From the NCBI GenBank assembly GCA_035443945.1, contig DAOMNQ010000004.1:2877-66876 (forward strand): a stretch of DNA of 64,000 bases. Reading direction: 5' to 3'. Numbering within the stretch: position 1 is the first letter of the stretch; every line of letters starts with the position of its first letter. The notes under the pieces are model-generated. The model saw nothing but the letters and a program-made list of their open reading frames with translations. It made no database searches and was not told the origin of the DNA. The translations under genes were made by a program, and so were the position numbers. Shown here in pieces: positions 7,863 through 17,457 of this stretch. The DNA comes from Phycisphaerales bacterium (lineage in GTDB: Bacteria > Planctomycetota > Phycisphaerae > Phycisphaerales > UBA1924).

Positions 7863-9230
7863 ATGCCGATCGAGATCACCATGCCCCGTTTGTCGGACAC
7901 GATGGAGCAGGGCACCGTTGTGAAGTGGTACGTGAAGGAGGGCGACGCGGTCTCCTCCGGTGACGTGATCGCGGACATCGAGACCGACAAGGCCACGATG
8001 GAACTGCAGTCCTTCGACGAGGGCACGATCGCAAGGCTCTCGGTGGACGAAGGCAAGGCCGTCGCCGTCGGGACGGTCATCGCCTTGCTGGCGGGCGAGG
8101 GCGAGGATGCCGCGGCCGTCAAGGGGGACGAGAGTACAACCTCGAGCGCGAACGCTCGATCCTCCAAGTCCGCCGGTGCCGACGGTGAGCCTCCGTCGAG
8201 TGAAGGGTCGAAACGGGCCACCGCGACCGCGACCTCGGCCCCCGACTCGTCCCGCACCGATCGCAACGGCACCCGCGTCTTCGCCTCTCCGCTCGCCCGG
8301 AAGATCGCCGAGGAGCGCGGGGTGGACCTCGCGTCGATCGAAGGCACGGGGCCATCCGGGCGCATCACGCGCAAGGACGTTGAGGCTGCCACCCCGGCGG
8401 CGGCTCCCCGCCGTCCTGCCGCGGATGCTCAGGCCGAGCGGATGGTCGCGGCGAGGGTGCCTTCGGCGCCGCTCCCGGAACTCGCCGCGGCCCGTCTCGA
8501 GGACCGCACCGTCACGCTCTCGAACATGCGGGCCACGATCGCCCGCCGGCTTGTCGAGAGCAAGACGACCGTCCCCCACTACCAGGTCACGGTGAGCGCG
8601 CGCATGGATGCGTTGCTGTCGCTGCGCGAGCAACTCAACGAGCAACTGGAGCCGCAGGGCGTGAAACTGAGCGTGAACGACTTCCTCGTCCGCGCCTGCG
8701 CCCTCGCGATGCACCAGCACCCGTTCGTGAACGCCTCGTGGGTCGAGGCGAAGGGGGGCGATGCACCCGCGATCCGTCTGCATGGGCGTGTGAACGTCGG
8801 GGTCGCGATCGCGCTGCCGGCCGAGAGGGGGGGCGGCCTCGTCGTCGGTGTCATCCGCGACGCCGACCGAGTGGGTCTGCGCCAGATTTCCGACGAGACC
8901 CGCCGCCTGGCCTCCAAGGCGCGCGAGAAGGGTCTGAGCGTCGAGGAGATGAGCGACTCGACGTTCACCATTTCGAATCTGGGCATGTTCGGTGTGGATC
9001 ACTTCACGGCGATCATCAACCCACCGAACGCCGCCATCCTGGCCGTCGGACGCGCGATCGAACGCCCGGCCATCGAGCAGGACGATGACGGCGAGGCCCG
9101 CATCTCCGTGGTCCGTGAGATGGCCATGACGATGTCCAGCGACCATCGCATCATCGACGGCGCGATGGCGGCCCAGTATCTCGGCACGGTCAAGCAGATG
9201 CTCGAGCGCCCGGCCTCGCTGCTGGTCTGA
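7863..9230 (+). CDS. pdhC: dihydrolipoamide acetyltransferase (pyruvate dehydrogenase E2)
   Basis: Lipoyl domain MPIEITMPRLSDTMEQGTVVKWYVKEGDAVSSGDVIADIETDKATMEL. Subunit-binding domain ASPLARKIAEERGVDLASIEGTGPSGRITRKDV. Catalytic SSDHRIIDGAMAAQYL. I start at ATG 7863 rather than the track's 7833. Confidence 0.92.
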   Translation: MPIEITMPRLSDTMEQGTVVKWYVKEGDAVSSGDVIADIETDKATMELQSFDEGTIARLSVDEGKAVAVGTVIALLAGEGEDAAAVKGDESTTSSANARSSKSAGADGEPPSSEGSKRATATATSAPDSSRTDRNGTRVFASPLARKIAEERGVDLASIEGTGPSGRITRKDVEAATPAAAPRRPAADAQAERMVAARVPSAPLPELAAARLEDRTVTLSNMRATIARRLVESKTTVPHYQVTVSARMDALLSLREQLNEQLEPQGVKLSVNDFLVRACALAMHQHPFVNASWVEAKGGDAPAIRLHGRVNVGVAIALPAERGGGLVVGVIRDADRVGLRQISDETRRLASKAREKGLSVEEMSDSTFTISNLGMFGVDHFTAIINPPNAAILAVGRAIERPAIEQDDDGEARISVVREMAMTMSSDHRIIDGAMAAQYLGTVKQMLERPASLLV

Positions 9231-9242
9231 AGGCCGCCCGGC

Positions 9243-10061
9243 TCACGGCGAAGACGATGCAGGCGCGGCCGCCGGGGCCTTCGCGGGAGCATCCGCGTCC
9301 ACGCCCGCCGCCCAGCGGATGCCGCCGAGCAGGTGTTCGAGGAAGAGCGGCTCCTCGTAGGACTCGTTCGTGTGCCCGAGCGCGGTGTACCACGCTCGCC
9401 CGCCGCGGTACTCGTGGCACCACGCGATCGGGTGGTCGTCGCCCATGCCGCCGCCCTCGTAGGTCCGCTCATCGACGGACATGAGCACGTGGAGGCGCCC
9501 GCGCGGGCTGTCGCGGAAGGTGTACCACTCGTCCGTGCGCACCCAACGCTCCGGTAGCATCTTCGTCGAGGGGTGATCGCGATCATGCACGAGGATCGTC
9601 GCTTCCTGGATCGCCGGGTGGCCCTTGAAGTACGCCCCGACCAGCCCCGCGTACCAAGGCCAGTCGTACTCCGTGTCCGACGCCGAGTGCACGCCCACCC
9701 AGCCCCGACCCTTGGCGATGAACCGCTCGAACGCCGACTTCTGCTCCGCGTCGAGCACCGTGCCTGTGGTGTTCAGGAAGAGAACCACGGCATACCGGTC
9801 GAGGTTCTCGTCCGTGAACGCAGCGGGATCCTCGGTCGCGTCCACGGCGAACCCGTGCTTGTCGCCGAGTTTCGTCACCGACGCGATCCCCGCGGCGATC
9901 GACCCGTGGCGGAACCCGGCCGTGCGGCTGAAGAGCAGGACCCGAAACCCCTCTTCATTCGAGGCCGACCGTTCCGGGGATCCGAGGATCGACGCCCGGA
10001 CAGCCGTCAGCGGAAGAACGGCCAGGAACAGGACGATCGGGAGCAGCGCGAGGCGTGACAT
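9243..10061 (-). CDS. ThuA domain-containing protein (secreted)
   Basis: Signal peptide MSRLALLPIVLFLAVLPLTAVRA, then RVLLFSRTAGFRHGSI ... VVLFLNTTG ... WVGVHSASDTEYDWPWY ... GDDHPIAWCHEY ... AWYTALGH, which is ThuA-like. Confidence 0.75.
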   Translation of the reverse strand: MSRLALLPIVLFLAVLPLTAVRASILGSPERSASNEEGFRVLLFSRTAGFRHGSIAAGIASVTKLGDKHGFAVDATEDPAAFTDENLDRYAVVLFLNTTGTVLDAEQKSAFERFIAKGRGWVGVHSASDTEYDWPWYAGLVGAYFKGHPAIQEATILVHDRDHPSTKMLPERWVRTDEWYTFRDSPRGRLHVLMSVDERTYEGGGMGDDHPIAWCHEYRGGRAWYTALGHTNESYEEPLFLEHLLGGIRWAAGVDADAPAKAPAAAPASSSP

Positions 10062-10168
10062 GCGGGGGTCCTCCGGGCTGGCGTCATGATATCTGGCGCA
10101 CGAGGGCTTGGGCTGAAGGGCCTGCGATAACTACAGGAAAGCATCGTGGCATCGCGTGATGCGACAAC

Positions 10169-11107
10169 GTGGCCCTGTGCGAACCGCGGATATCACAGAC
10201 CAATCGGCACTATGCTCCTGGCGTGCGTGTGCCTCACGTCCAGGCTGGTGTCTGGCCCGATCGAGCCGCCGACCGGTTCGCGTCGCTCGTGCGAACGGAT
10301 CGGGCGGATGGGTGCCGCGTTGCGCTGCTGGGCATGCCGGACGATACGGGGGTGCGTCTGAATGGAGGTCGCGTCGGGGCGAAGGACGGGCCGACGGCGT
10401 TCCGAGCCGCGTTGGCGCGGCTGGGCACCGCAAGTCCCCATGGCTTTACGTGGCCGGGTGTGTTTGATGCCGGAGACGTGCGGCCGGCCGGTGACGACCT
10501 TGAAGAGACGCACCGGCGGGTGACGGTGGCCGCTGGTGTGTTGATCGATGCGGGGCTGCTTCCGGTCGGCATCGGCGGCGGCCACGACCTGACGTTCGCG
10601 TTCGTGCGGGCGGCGGCTGACCGACGACCGGGTTTGGCGGGCATTTCCTTCGATCCCCACCTCGACGTGCGCGCGCAGCCCGGCAGTGGAATGCCCATGC
10701 GGGCGTTGATCGAGCGATGCTCCGTCCGTCGCGTGGATCTGTTCGGCTATTCCCCAATCGTCAACAGCGCGGAGCATGCGCACTGGTTCGCCGAGCACGG
10801 TGGGCACACACGAGAACGGGCGGAGTTGCAATCCGTGCTGGCAGAGAGCGACGCGCCGGTGTTTGTCACGTTCGATCTGGACGTGATCGACATGGCGTAT
10901 GCGCCGGGCGTGAGCGCGATGAACCCGGCCGGATGGTCGGCTGCCGAGGCTGCCGAGGCTGTGCGCGAGGTCGGCCGCTGCCCGCGCGTCGTGTGCTTTG
11001 ATATCATGGAACTCAACCCCGCGACGGACGAGGGAGGACGAACCGCGAGGCTCGCGGCGTGGCTCCTTCTGGAGTTTCTGCGGGGCGTGGCGGAGCGGGA
11101 GCCGTGA
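10169..11107 (+). CDS. hutG: formimidoylglutamase / arginase-family hydrolase
   Basis: Ureohydrolase motifs GGGHDLTFAF, FDPHLDVR and FDLDVIDMAYAPGVS. The stop overlaps the start of hutI. The start is uncertain (GTG 10169, 10223 or 10229). Confidence 0.7.
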   Translation: MALCEPRISQTNRHYAPGVRVPHVQAGVWPDRAADRFASLVRTDRADGCRVALLGMPDDTGVRLNGGRVGAKDGPTAFRAALARLGTASPHGFTWPGVFDAGDVRPAGDDLEETHRRVTVAAGVLIDAGLLPVGIGGGHDLTFAFVRAAADRRPGLAGISFDPHLDVRAQPGSGMPMRALIERCSVRRVDLFGYSPIVNSAEHAHWFAEHGGHTRERAELQSVLAESDAPVFVTFDLDVIDMAYAPGVSAMNPAGWSAAEAAEAVREVGRCPRVVCFDIMELNPATDEGGRTARLAAWLLLEFLRGVAEREP

Positions 11108-12327
11108 GCCTGCTCATCCGCGATGCCCGAGTCGTGACGGTGGCGGGATCGCCCGGGTTGCGACGCGGCGTCGCGATGAGCGAGATCGGAATCATTGACC
11201 ACGCCGACGTGCTGGTACGCGGGGACTCGATCGAGGCGGTGGTTCACGGCGGCGAAACCGAGCCTCCCGCCAACGCGACGACGATCGAGGCCTGCGGGCG
11301 GGTGCTGTTGCCTGGCTTCGTCGATTGCCACACTCATGCCTGCTGGGCGGGCGACAGGCTCGACGAGTGGGAGACGAAACTCCGCGGCGAGACATACCTG
11401 GACACGCTCAGGCGGGGCGGCGGCATCATGGCGACGGTGCGGGCCGTCAGAGCGGCGGGCGAGTCGGAACTCGCCGAGCACCTCGCTGAGCGGCTGAGCC
11501 GGGCGATGCGATCCGGCACGACCACGATCGAGGTCAAGAGTGGCTACGGCCTGACCACGGCGGACGAGTTGAAGATGCTGCGGGCCATCCGGCACGCCGG
11601 CGACTCGTGGGATGGCACGGTGGTTCCGACCGCCTGCATCGGCCACGCGATCGACCCGGACGTGCCCCGCGACGCCTTCATCCGCCGGACGATCGAGGAG
11701 ACACTGCCGGCGGTCTCGGCGGAGTTTCCCGGCATCGCCATCGACGCCTACTGCGAGCGCGGGGCCTGGACCGTGGAGGAATGCGTGCGCCTGTTTGAGG
11801 CGGCGGCGCAGCGCGGGCACCCGTGCCGCGTCCACGCGGACCAGTTCTCGCGACTCGGCATGACAGCGGAGTCGGCGGCGCGCGGGTTCGTGAGCGTGGA
11901 TCATCTCGAGGCGAGCGACCCGGGCGAAGTCGGGGCGGTTGCCACGTCGCAGACGGCGGCCGTGCTGCTTCCCTGCTCGGGGTTCCACCTCGACGGCCGA
12001 TACGCGAACGGGCGTCAAATCATCGACGCCGGCGGCGCGGTCGCACTTGCGACGAACTGGAACCCCGGCAGCGCGCCCTGCGGCTCCGTGCCGATGGCGA
12101 TCGCCCTCGGGGTGCGGATGTGCGGACTGAACGTCGCCGAAGCGGTCTGCGCCGCGACCGTGAACGGCGCGGGCGTCCTCGGATTGCGCGATCGAGGCGT
12201 CATCGCGCCGGGGATGCGGGCGGACCTCGTGCTGCTGAGGCACACGGATGTACGGATGCTCGCGTGGGAGTTCGGCATGGATGCCATAGACCGCGTGATC
12301 AGCGGGGGACACGTGGTTTCGACGTGA
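11104..12327 (+). CDS. hutI: imidazolonepropionase
   Basis: LLPGFVDCHTHACWAGDRLDEWETKLRGETYLDTLRRGGGIMATVRAVR, with HADQF and TNWNPGS motifs. GTG 11104 overlaps the hutG stop (GTGA). Confidence 0.88.
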   Translation: MSLLIRDARVVTVAGSPGLRRGVAMSEIGIIDHADVLVRGDSIEAVVHGGETEPPANATTIEACGRVLLPGFVDCHTHACWAGDRLDEWETKLRGETYLDTLRRGGGIMATVRAVRAAGESELAEHLAERLSRAMRSGTTTIEVKSGYGLTTADELKMLRAIRHAGDSWDGTVVPTACIGHAIDPDVPRDAFIRRTIEETLPAVSAEFPGIAIDAYCERGAWTVEECVRLFEAAAQRGHPCRVHADQFSRLGMTAESAARGFVSVDHLEASDPGEVGAVATSQTAAVLLPCSGFHLDGRYANGRQIIDAGGAVALATNWNPGSAPCGSVPMAIALGVRMCGLNVAEAVCAATVNGAGVLGLRDRGVIAPGMRADLVLLRHTDVRMLAWEFGMDAIDRVISGGHVVST

Positions 12328-12344
12328 CCCTCTCGGCGCTGCAC

Positions 12345-13247
12345 TCATCTGGGCGCGAGGATCGAGATGGCCTTCGGTTCGACCGAGCATCGCCACACGA
12401 CCTCACCGGACGTCTGCGAAGGGATGCCGGCGGGGCCGGTCTCGCCGTCGATCTGGCATGGAGCGCCGGGGTCGTCGGTGGTCACTTCAACGACTCGCCC
12501 GCGCGCAAGCCGGCAGGACGGCAGTTTGAACTGAGCGCGGCATCGGGCGGCGAGCAACCAGGCGAGAGCGGCGACGGCTGTCGTCGTGGGGAAGCAGACG
12601 GCGTCGAGCACGCCGTCGGCGACGTAGGCCGCTGGGCAGGGATCGATCCGCAGTCCGTAGTGACGACTGTTGGCGATGACGACGAACCCTCGGCGTGCCT
12701 GGACGATGGGCCTTCCATCGACTGTTACGGTGAGCCGTGGCAGGTGCGGGCGGATCAACTCGGCCAGCACGGGGCGGACGTATGCGGCGTGCCCGACGGC
12801 TCGCGTGCGCAGGGCGTCGAGGCGGTGGATGACACCGGCATCGGGGCCGATGGAAGCCATGAGGGCGAAAGGTCGGCCGTTGCACCGGGCGAGGTCCATG
12901 CGGGCGAGGCGGCGGCGTTCAATCGCGGCAAGCAGGTGAGGAATGCGGGCACTCATGCCGAACTCGCGTGCGAACAGATTCTCGTTGCCGGTCGGCAGGT
13001 GGTAGAACGGGGCGTCGTGAGCCGCCAGGGTGTCGAGGAGGTGATTGACGGTCCCGTCACCGCCGACAACCACGGCGAGAGAGCAGGCGCGGATCGCACT
13101 CGCGGCATCGTGACCATCGCTCATCGGCCCGACCGGCACGAGGAGGACTTCGTGGCCGGCGCGGCTCAGGGCATCGGCAGCGGACGCGCCGAGGCGACCC
13201 GCGCGACCCCTGCCCGAACACGCGTTGACGAGAACTGCGACTCTCAC
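12345..13247 (-). CDS. diacylglycerol/lipid kinase family protein (YegS/BmrU-like)
   Basis: MRVAVLVNACSGRGRAG ... VVVGGDGTVNHLLDTL, the DAGK catalytic-domain signature. Confidence 0.75.
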   Translation of the reverse strand: MRVAVLVNACSGRGRAGRLGASAADALSRAGHEVLLVPVGPMSDGHDAASAIRACSLAVVVGGDGTVNHLLDTLAAHDAPFYHLPTGNENLFAREFGMSARIPHLLAAIERRRLARMDLARCNGRPFALMASIGPDAGVIHRLDALRTRAVGHAAYVRPVLAELIRPHLPRLTVTVDGRPIVQARRGFVVIANSRHYGLRIDPCPAAYVADGVLDAVCFPTTTAVAALAWLLAARCRAQFKLPSCRLARGRVVEVTTDDPGAPCQIDGETGPAGIPSQTSGEVVWRCSVEPKAISILAPR

Positions 13248-13294
13248 GCGGGAATGAGCGTAGCGGGCCGGGACAAGCCGCTACCATTGCGGCC

Positions 13295-14116
13295 ATGCCA
13301 CGGGCGACCATCGTCACCGAGCACGACGCCGAACTCGCCCTTGCGGCGGCGCAGTGCGTCGTGGAGGCGCACCGCCGGCTGGCCGAGTTCCTGCGCCGGG
13401 GGCAGACGCTCGCGGAGATCGACCGCTTCGTCGCCCGCACGCTGGAGGATCTGCGTTGCCGGTCGTGCTTCCTGCACTACAAGGTGCCGAAGACGCCGCC
13501 CTTCCCGTCGCACGCCTGCCTGAGCGTGAACGATTGCATCGTCCACGGCACCGCCGGCTACCTCACACGCCCCCTGACAGACGGCGATCTGCTCAAGGTC
13601 GACGTCGGCGTCGTCCACCGCGGGTGGATCGGAGATGCCGCGTGGACGTACTCGTTCGGGCCGCCCACGGACGAGGTTCGGCGGCTCATGGCGTGCGGCA
13701 AGGAGTCGATCCGGCGGGGCGTGGCTGAACTTCGGCCCGGCAACACGTACCTTGCCTGGGCACGAACCGTGCAGGAGTATGTCGAAGGCGAGTGCGGCTT
13801 TCACCTGGTCCGCGGCCTGGGAGGGCACGGGTACGGGCGTCGGTTGCACGAGCCGCCGTTTGTGTCCAACGTCGTTCCCGGCTCGCCCTTCGAGTGGCCG
13901 GACGGCGGCGAGCCGTGCCGGGCGGGAACGCTCGTCGCGGTCGAGCCGATGATCGCAGTCGGGACCGGCCGCACCAGGCAGGCGAGGCACGAGTGGCCGA
14001 TTTTCACCGAGGACGGCTCGATGAGCGTGCACTACGAGCACGATGTCCTCATCAGCGAGTCAGGCCCGCGCGTCCTCACCGAGGGGCTTGAGTCGCTGCC
14101 CGACGTCGTCGGCTGA
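13295..14116 (+). CDS. map: type I methionyl aminopeptidase
   Basis: VHGTAGYLTRPLTDGDLLKVDVGVVHRGWIGDAAWTY, GHGYGRRLHEPPFV, VEPMIAVGT and HYEHDVLI. All metal-ligand blocks are present. Confidence 0.9.
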   Translation: MPRATIVTEHDAELALAAAQCVVEAHRRLAEFLRRGQTLAEIDRFVARTLEDLRCRSCFLHYKVPKTPPFPSHACLSVNDCIVHGTAGYLTRPLTDGDLLKVDVGVVHRGWIGDAAWTYSFGPPTDEVRRLMACGKESIRRGVAELRPGNTYLAWARTVQEYVEGECGFHLVRGLGGHGYGRRLHEPPFVSNVVPGSPFEWPDGGEPCRAGTLVAVEPMIAVGTGRTRQARHEWPIFTEDGSMSVHYEHDVLISESGPRVLTEGLESLPDVVG

Positions 14117-14127
14117 TCGCACGAGAA

Positions 14128-14155
14128 AGGGGCCGGCCCCTTCGGACCGGCCCCT
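14128..14155. terminator. GC-rich hairpin between convergent map and S8 peptidase genes
   Basis: AGGGGCCGG (14128-14136) pairs perfectly with CCGGCCCCT (14147-14155) across the loop CCCCTTCGGA. It lies between two convergent stops. Confidence 0.55.
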
Positions 14156-14179
14156 GTGGATTGCCAGCGGGATTCCGTG

Positions 14180-16381
14180 TCAGTTATCGATGGCCGCGGA
14201 CCAGGGCGACCAGGTGCTGTTGCGCCCGTCGCAGAGGGTGCGGACGCGGTAGCGGTAGCGCCCCGAGGGCGGGCTGTCGGAGGTGCCGGTGACGTTTGCG
14301 CCGACGGTTCCGATCACGGTCGTATTGGTCCAGGTGTTGCCGACGCGCTGCTGGCGCTGAATCTCGAAGCCAGATTCAATGCCGGAGGGGTCGTTCCAAG
14401 CGATGAAGATTGTGCCGCCCGTCGCGGAGCCTGTCGGCTTGGCGGGCGTCGCGGCCCGGAGAACGATCCATGCCGACCAGGATGAATCGCCGCCGGTCCC
14501 GTTGGCGCGCACCCTGTAGCGCCATCCGCCCTGTCCGACGTTGTCGCTGAACGTGGTCACGTTCGCGCCGACCGAGCCGACGATCGTGCCGTTCTTCCAC
14601 TGGCCGGACACCTTCTCCTGTCGCTGGACCTGGAACCCGGTCTCGTTGTTGGAGTTGTCGGTCCAGACGACGACGGCCTGACCCGGCGCGCCTTCTTCGC
14701 CAGAGACGATGGTGGGAACGACCGGGATGCTCGCTTGAACGATCGAGATGCTGAAGAAGTCATCATCGCTGAGACCGCCCGAATCGGTCACGGTCGGCGT
14801 CATGTAGTGCACGCCGAGCGAGAGCGAAGACGTCGTCACGTTGGCGCCGACGCCGATGACACCGTCCACGTGCGACACCCAGACGATCTGGCTGGAGATG
14901 TCGCCGTCCTCGGGGTCGATCGCGGTGCCCGAGAACGTGACGGGCGAGCCTTGCAGGAACTGCGAACCATTCGAGGGAGAGAGGACGGTGAGCACGGGGG
15001 GCTGGTTGGGGGTGTAGCCGATCGCGGCGGCCGCGTTGACCACGCCGCCGGTGACCGTGTTGTTCTGGAGCGCGGTGATCGGGCGCGTCGTGCTCATCAC
15101 CTGCTGGTAGATCGAGGACCACGGCGAGTTGGGGTTCTTGCCGTAGACGAGCGCCACGACGCCCGCAGCGTGCGGCGAAGCCATCGACGTGCCGTCCATG
15201 TACGCATACCCGCTGGTGCCGTAGGTGCTGTAGATGTTCGCGCCCGGCGCTCCCATGTCGACGGACGTCTTGCCGTAGTTCGACCAGCTCGGCTTTGTGT
15301 CATTGCTGGTCGTCGCCGCGACGGCGAGCAGATTGGTGTTCGTGTACGAGGCCGGGTAGAAGGGGCTGGAGTCGTTGTTCGAGCCGTTGTTGCCCGCGGC
15401 GCAGACGTAGATGTGCCCGACGGCCTTGGAGTTCTCGATGGCGTTGAAGAGAGAGGATGAGTAGCCGCCGCCGCCCCACGAGTTGTTGGAGACCTTGACC
15501 TGCTTGTTGACGGCGTACTGGAGACTGTTGATGGCGCCGGAGATGGTTCCTCCGCCGGAACCGAGGAATCGGAGGGCCATGAGTTTGCACTGCCAGTTGA
15601 CGCCGACGACGCCCGTGCCGTTGTTGCCGACCGCGCCGACGGTGCCGGCGACGTGCGTGCCGTGGCCGGTGTCGTATGGGTTGTTGTCGTTGCTGTAGAA
15701 GTCGTAGCCGTAGATGTCGTCGATGTACCCGTTCCCGTCGTCGTCGATGCCGTTGTTGGGGATTTCGCCGGGATTCACCCAGCGATTGGCCGCCAGGTCA
15801 GGGTGGTTGTAGTTCATCCCCGTGTCGATGATGGCCACGACGAAGTTCGGGTTGCCCTTGTAGACGTCCCAGGCCTCGGGGCCGTCAATGTCGGCGTCGA
15901 CCTTGCCGTTGACCCCGTTGACGTTCTGGCCCGTGTTGTGCATGCCCCACAGGCGGGAGAAGTGCGTGTCGTTCGGGATGACGCAGGTGCGAACGATGTA
16001 GTCCGGCTCGGCGTAGACCACCGCGGCCGAAAGCGCGGGACTCGAGAGCGTCGCGATCGCATTGTTCACGCTCACGCCGCCGCCAAGACTCAGGTGCACG
16101 AGGTCCGGAACCAGCGTGAACCGGTCCAGCACCCGCCCGCCGACGATCGCAGCGACGGCCTCCGCCGGCGTCCCCGGCGTGAGTTGCACGAGAATCGTGA
16201 ACGGGTCGTAATCGAGACGAATCGTCGGATCTTCGAGCAGCGAGTGCAGCGCCGCCCGGGGGTTCTCGGGCGCCACGCCCGCCATGTGCAGCGACAGCGC
16301 GTCATCCGACGCGGAGGACGCTCCGGCGAACGCCATGAGCGCGCCAAGACAGAGTGCGATCCGATCGCGTGCCCACTTCAT
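14180..16381 (-). CDS. secreted S8 (subtilisin) family serine peptidase with two C-terminal Fn3-like repeats
   Basis: Catalytic triad blocks AIIDTGMNYNHPDL, HGTHVAGTVGAVGNNGTGVVG and GTSMASPHAAGVVALV. Signal peptide MKWARDRIALCLGALMAFAGASSA, so I start at ATG 16381 rather than 16576. Two similar ~95-aa C-terminal modules (…WTDNSNNETGFQVQRQ… and …WNDPSGIESGFEIQRQ…). Confidence 0.88.
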   Translation of the reverse strand: MKWARDRIALCLGALMAFAGASSASDDALSLHMAGVAPENPRAALHSLLEDPTIRLDYDPFTILVQLTPGTPAEAVAAIVGGRVLDRFTLVPDLVHLSLGGGVSVNNAIATLSSPALSAAVVYAEPDYIVRTCVIPNDTHFSRLWGMHNTGQNVNGVNGKVDADIDGPEAWDVYKGNPNFVVAIIDTGMNYNHPDLAANRWVNPGEIPNNGIDDDGNGYIDDIYGYDFYSNDNNPYDTGHGTHVAGTVGAVGNNGTGVVGVNWQCKLMALRFLGSGGGTISGAINSLQYAVNKQVKVSNNSWGGGGYSSSLFNAIENSKAVGHIYVCAAGNNGSNNDSSPFYPASYTNTNLLAVAATTSNDTKPSWSNYGKTSVDMGAPGANIYSTYGTSGYAYMDGTSMASPHAAGVVALVYGKNPNSPWSSIYQQVMSTTRPITALQNNTVTGGVVNAAAAIGYTPNQPPVLTVLSPSNGSQFLQGSPVTFSGTAIDPEDGDISSQIVWVSHVDGVIGVGANVTTSSLSLGVHYMTPTVTDSGGLSDDDFFSISIVQASIPVVPTIVSGEEGAPGQAVVVWTDNSNNETGFQVQRQEKVSGQWKNGTIVGSVGANVTTFSDNVGQGGWRYRVRANGTGGDSSWSAWIVLRAATPAKPTGSATGGTIFIAWNDPSGIESGFEIQRQQRVGNTWTNTTVIGTVGANVTGTSDSPPSGRYRYRVRTLCDGRNSTWSPWSAAIDN

Positions 16382-16647
16382 GCCTCGTTCCTTTCTTCGC
16401 ATGTGCCCGTCCGGGCGGGACTTCCGCCCGGCGTTCTCTCCGACGGCCCATCCGGCAACGCCAAAGCGCGAACCGCGCCTCTTGAGCATGGCGGCACCGG
16501 CACCGAAACCCCCAAGAGTATCCGCAAATGCCCCCTTTCCGGGGCCACATTTTTTTGAAAGTACTTCAAAGGGCATCCCCCGTCAAGAGTCGAGGGGATC
16601 GGTCCTCGGTCGACCGAGGCTCCTGCGAGGCACTACGCTCTGCGGCC

Positions 16648-17457
16648 ATGAACCGAGTCGATCGTGCTTTTGAGGAGGCTCGCAGGTCTCAGCGGCGCCT
16701 GCTGATGCCCTTCATCTGCGGTGGATTCCCCAGGCCCGGACTGACGGGGCCGCTCTTGGCGGCCTTGGAACGGGGAGGCGCGTCCATCGTCGAAGTCGGC
16801 ATCCCGTTTTCCGATCCAATCGCGGACGGACCCGTCATCGCCGGTGCGATGCACAGGGCGATCGAGGCAGGTACAACGCCCGAGAGCATCTTCGAAGAGG
16901 TCGGTGCTGTTAGGGACACGATCGGGATCGGCATGGTGGCCATGGTCAGTGTGACGATCGTCCATCGCCTCGGAGGTCGAGAGGGCTTCATCGAACGGGC
17001 CTCGGAAGTCGGGTTCGACGGCCTGATCATCCCCGATTTGCCGTTGGAGGACAGTGGAGCGTACCGAGAGCGCTGCTCGGAGATCGGCATGACGTTCTCC
17101 CACCTCGTGGCTCCGACAACCCCCCGTGACCGCGCCACGTCTCTCGCGAAAGGCTCCACGGGGTTCGTGTACCTGCTTGCACGCACCGGGATTACGGGTG
17201 AAAGGACGGACGCCCCGGACGTGGCGGAGCGCGTCGCCGGCCTCCGTCGATCGACCGACCTTCCGATCGCGTGCGGCTTCGGCGTCTCAACCCCTGAGCA
17301 CGTACGGGCGGTGGTTGCTCACGCCGACGCAGCCATTGTGGGGAGCGCGGTGGTTCGGCGGCTCGATCGGGCGATCGAGTCGGGCGGAGATCCGGTTGAA
17401 GCGGCTGAGGCCTTCACCCGCGAACTGGCGACGGGGCTTGCCGGCCCGCCGGGTTGA
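16648..17457 (+). CDS. trpA: tryptophan synthase alpha chain
   Basis: [30 protein letters not shown] ... [21 protein letters not shown] ... [13 protein letters not shown] ... [10 protein letters not shown]. There is no trpB next to it. Confidence 0.88.
   Translation: MNRVDRAFEEARRSQRRLLMPFICGGFPRPGLTGPLLAALERGGASIVEVGIPFSDPIADGPVIAGAMHRAIEAGTTPESIFEEVGAVRDTIGIGMVAMVSVTIVHRLGGREGFIERASEVGFDGLIIPDLPLEDSGAYRERCSEIGMTFSHLVAPTTPRDRATSLAKGSTGFVYLLARTGITGERTDAPDVAERVAGLRRSTDLPIACGFGVSTPEHVRAVVAHADAAIVGSAVVRRLDRAIESGGDPVEAAEAFTRELATGLAGPPG

Noticed and set aside
10940-10960. Tandem 9-mer GCTGCCGAG x2 in hutG
   Set aside because: There are only two copies, the period is a multiple of 3, and it encodes AAEAAEA in an Ala/Glu-rich helix. 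This is ordinary coding redundancy and is unrelated to the octamer arrays.
11823-13523. 566-aa plus-strand ORF spanning the hutI end, the lipid-kinase locus and the map start
   Set aside because: It runs out of frame or antisense across three recognisable genes. The translation is Arg/Gly-rich nonsense.
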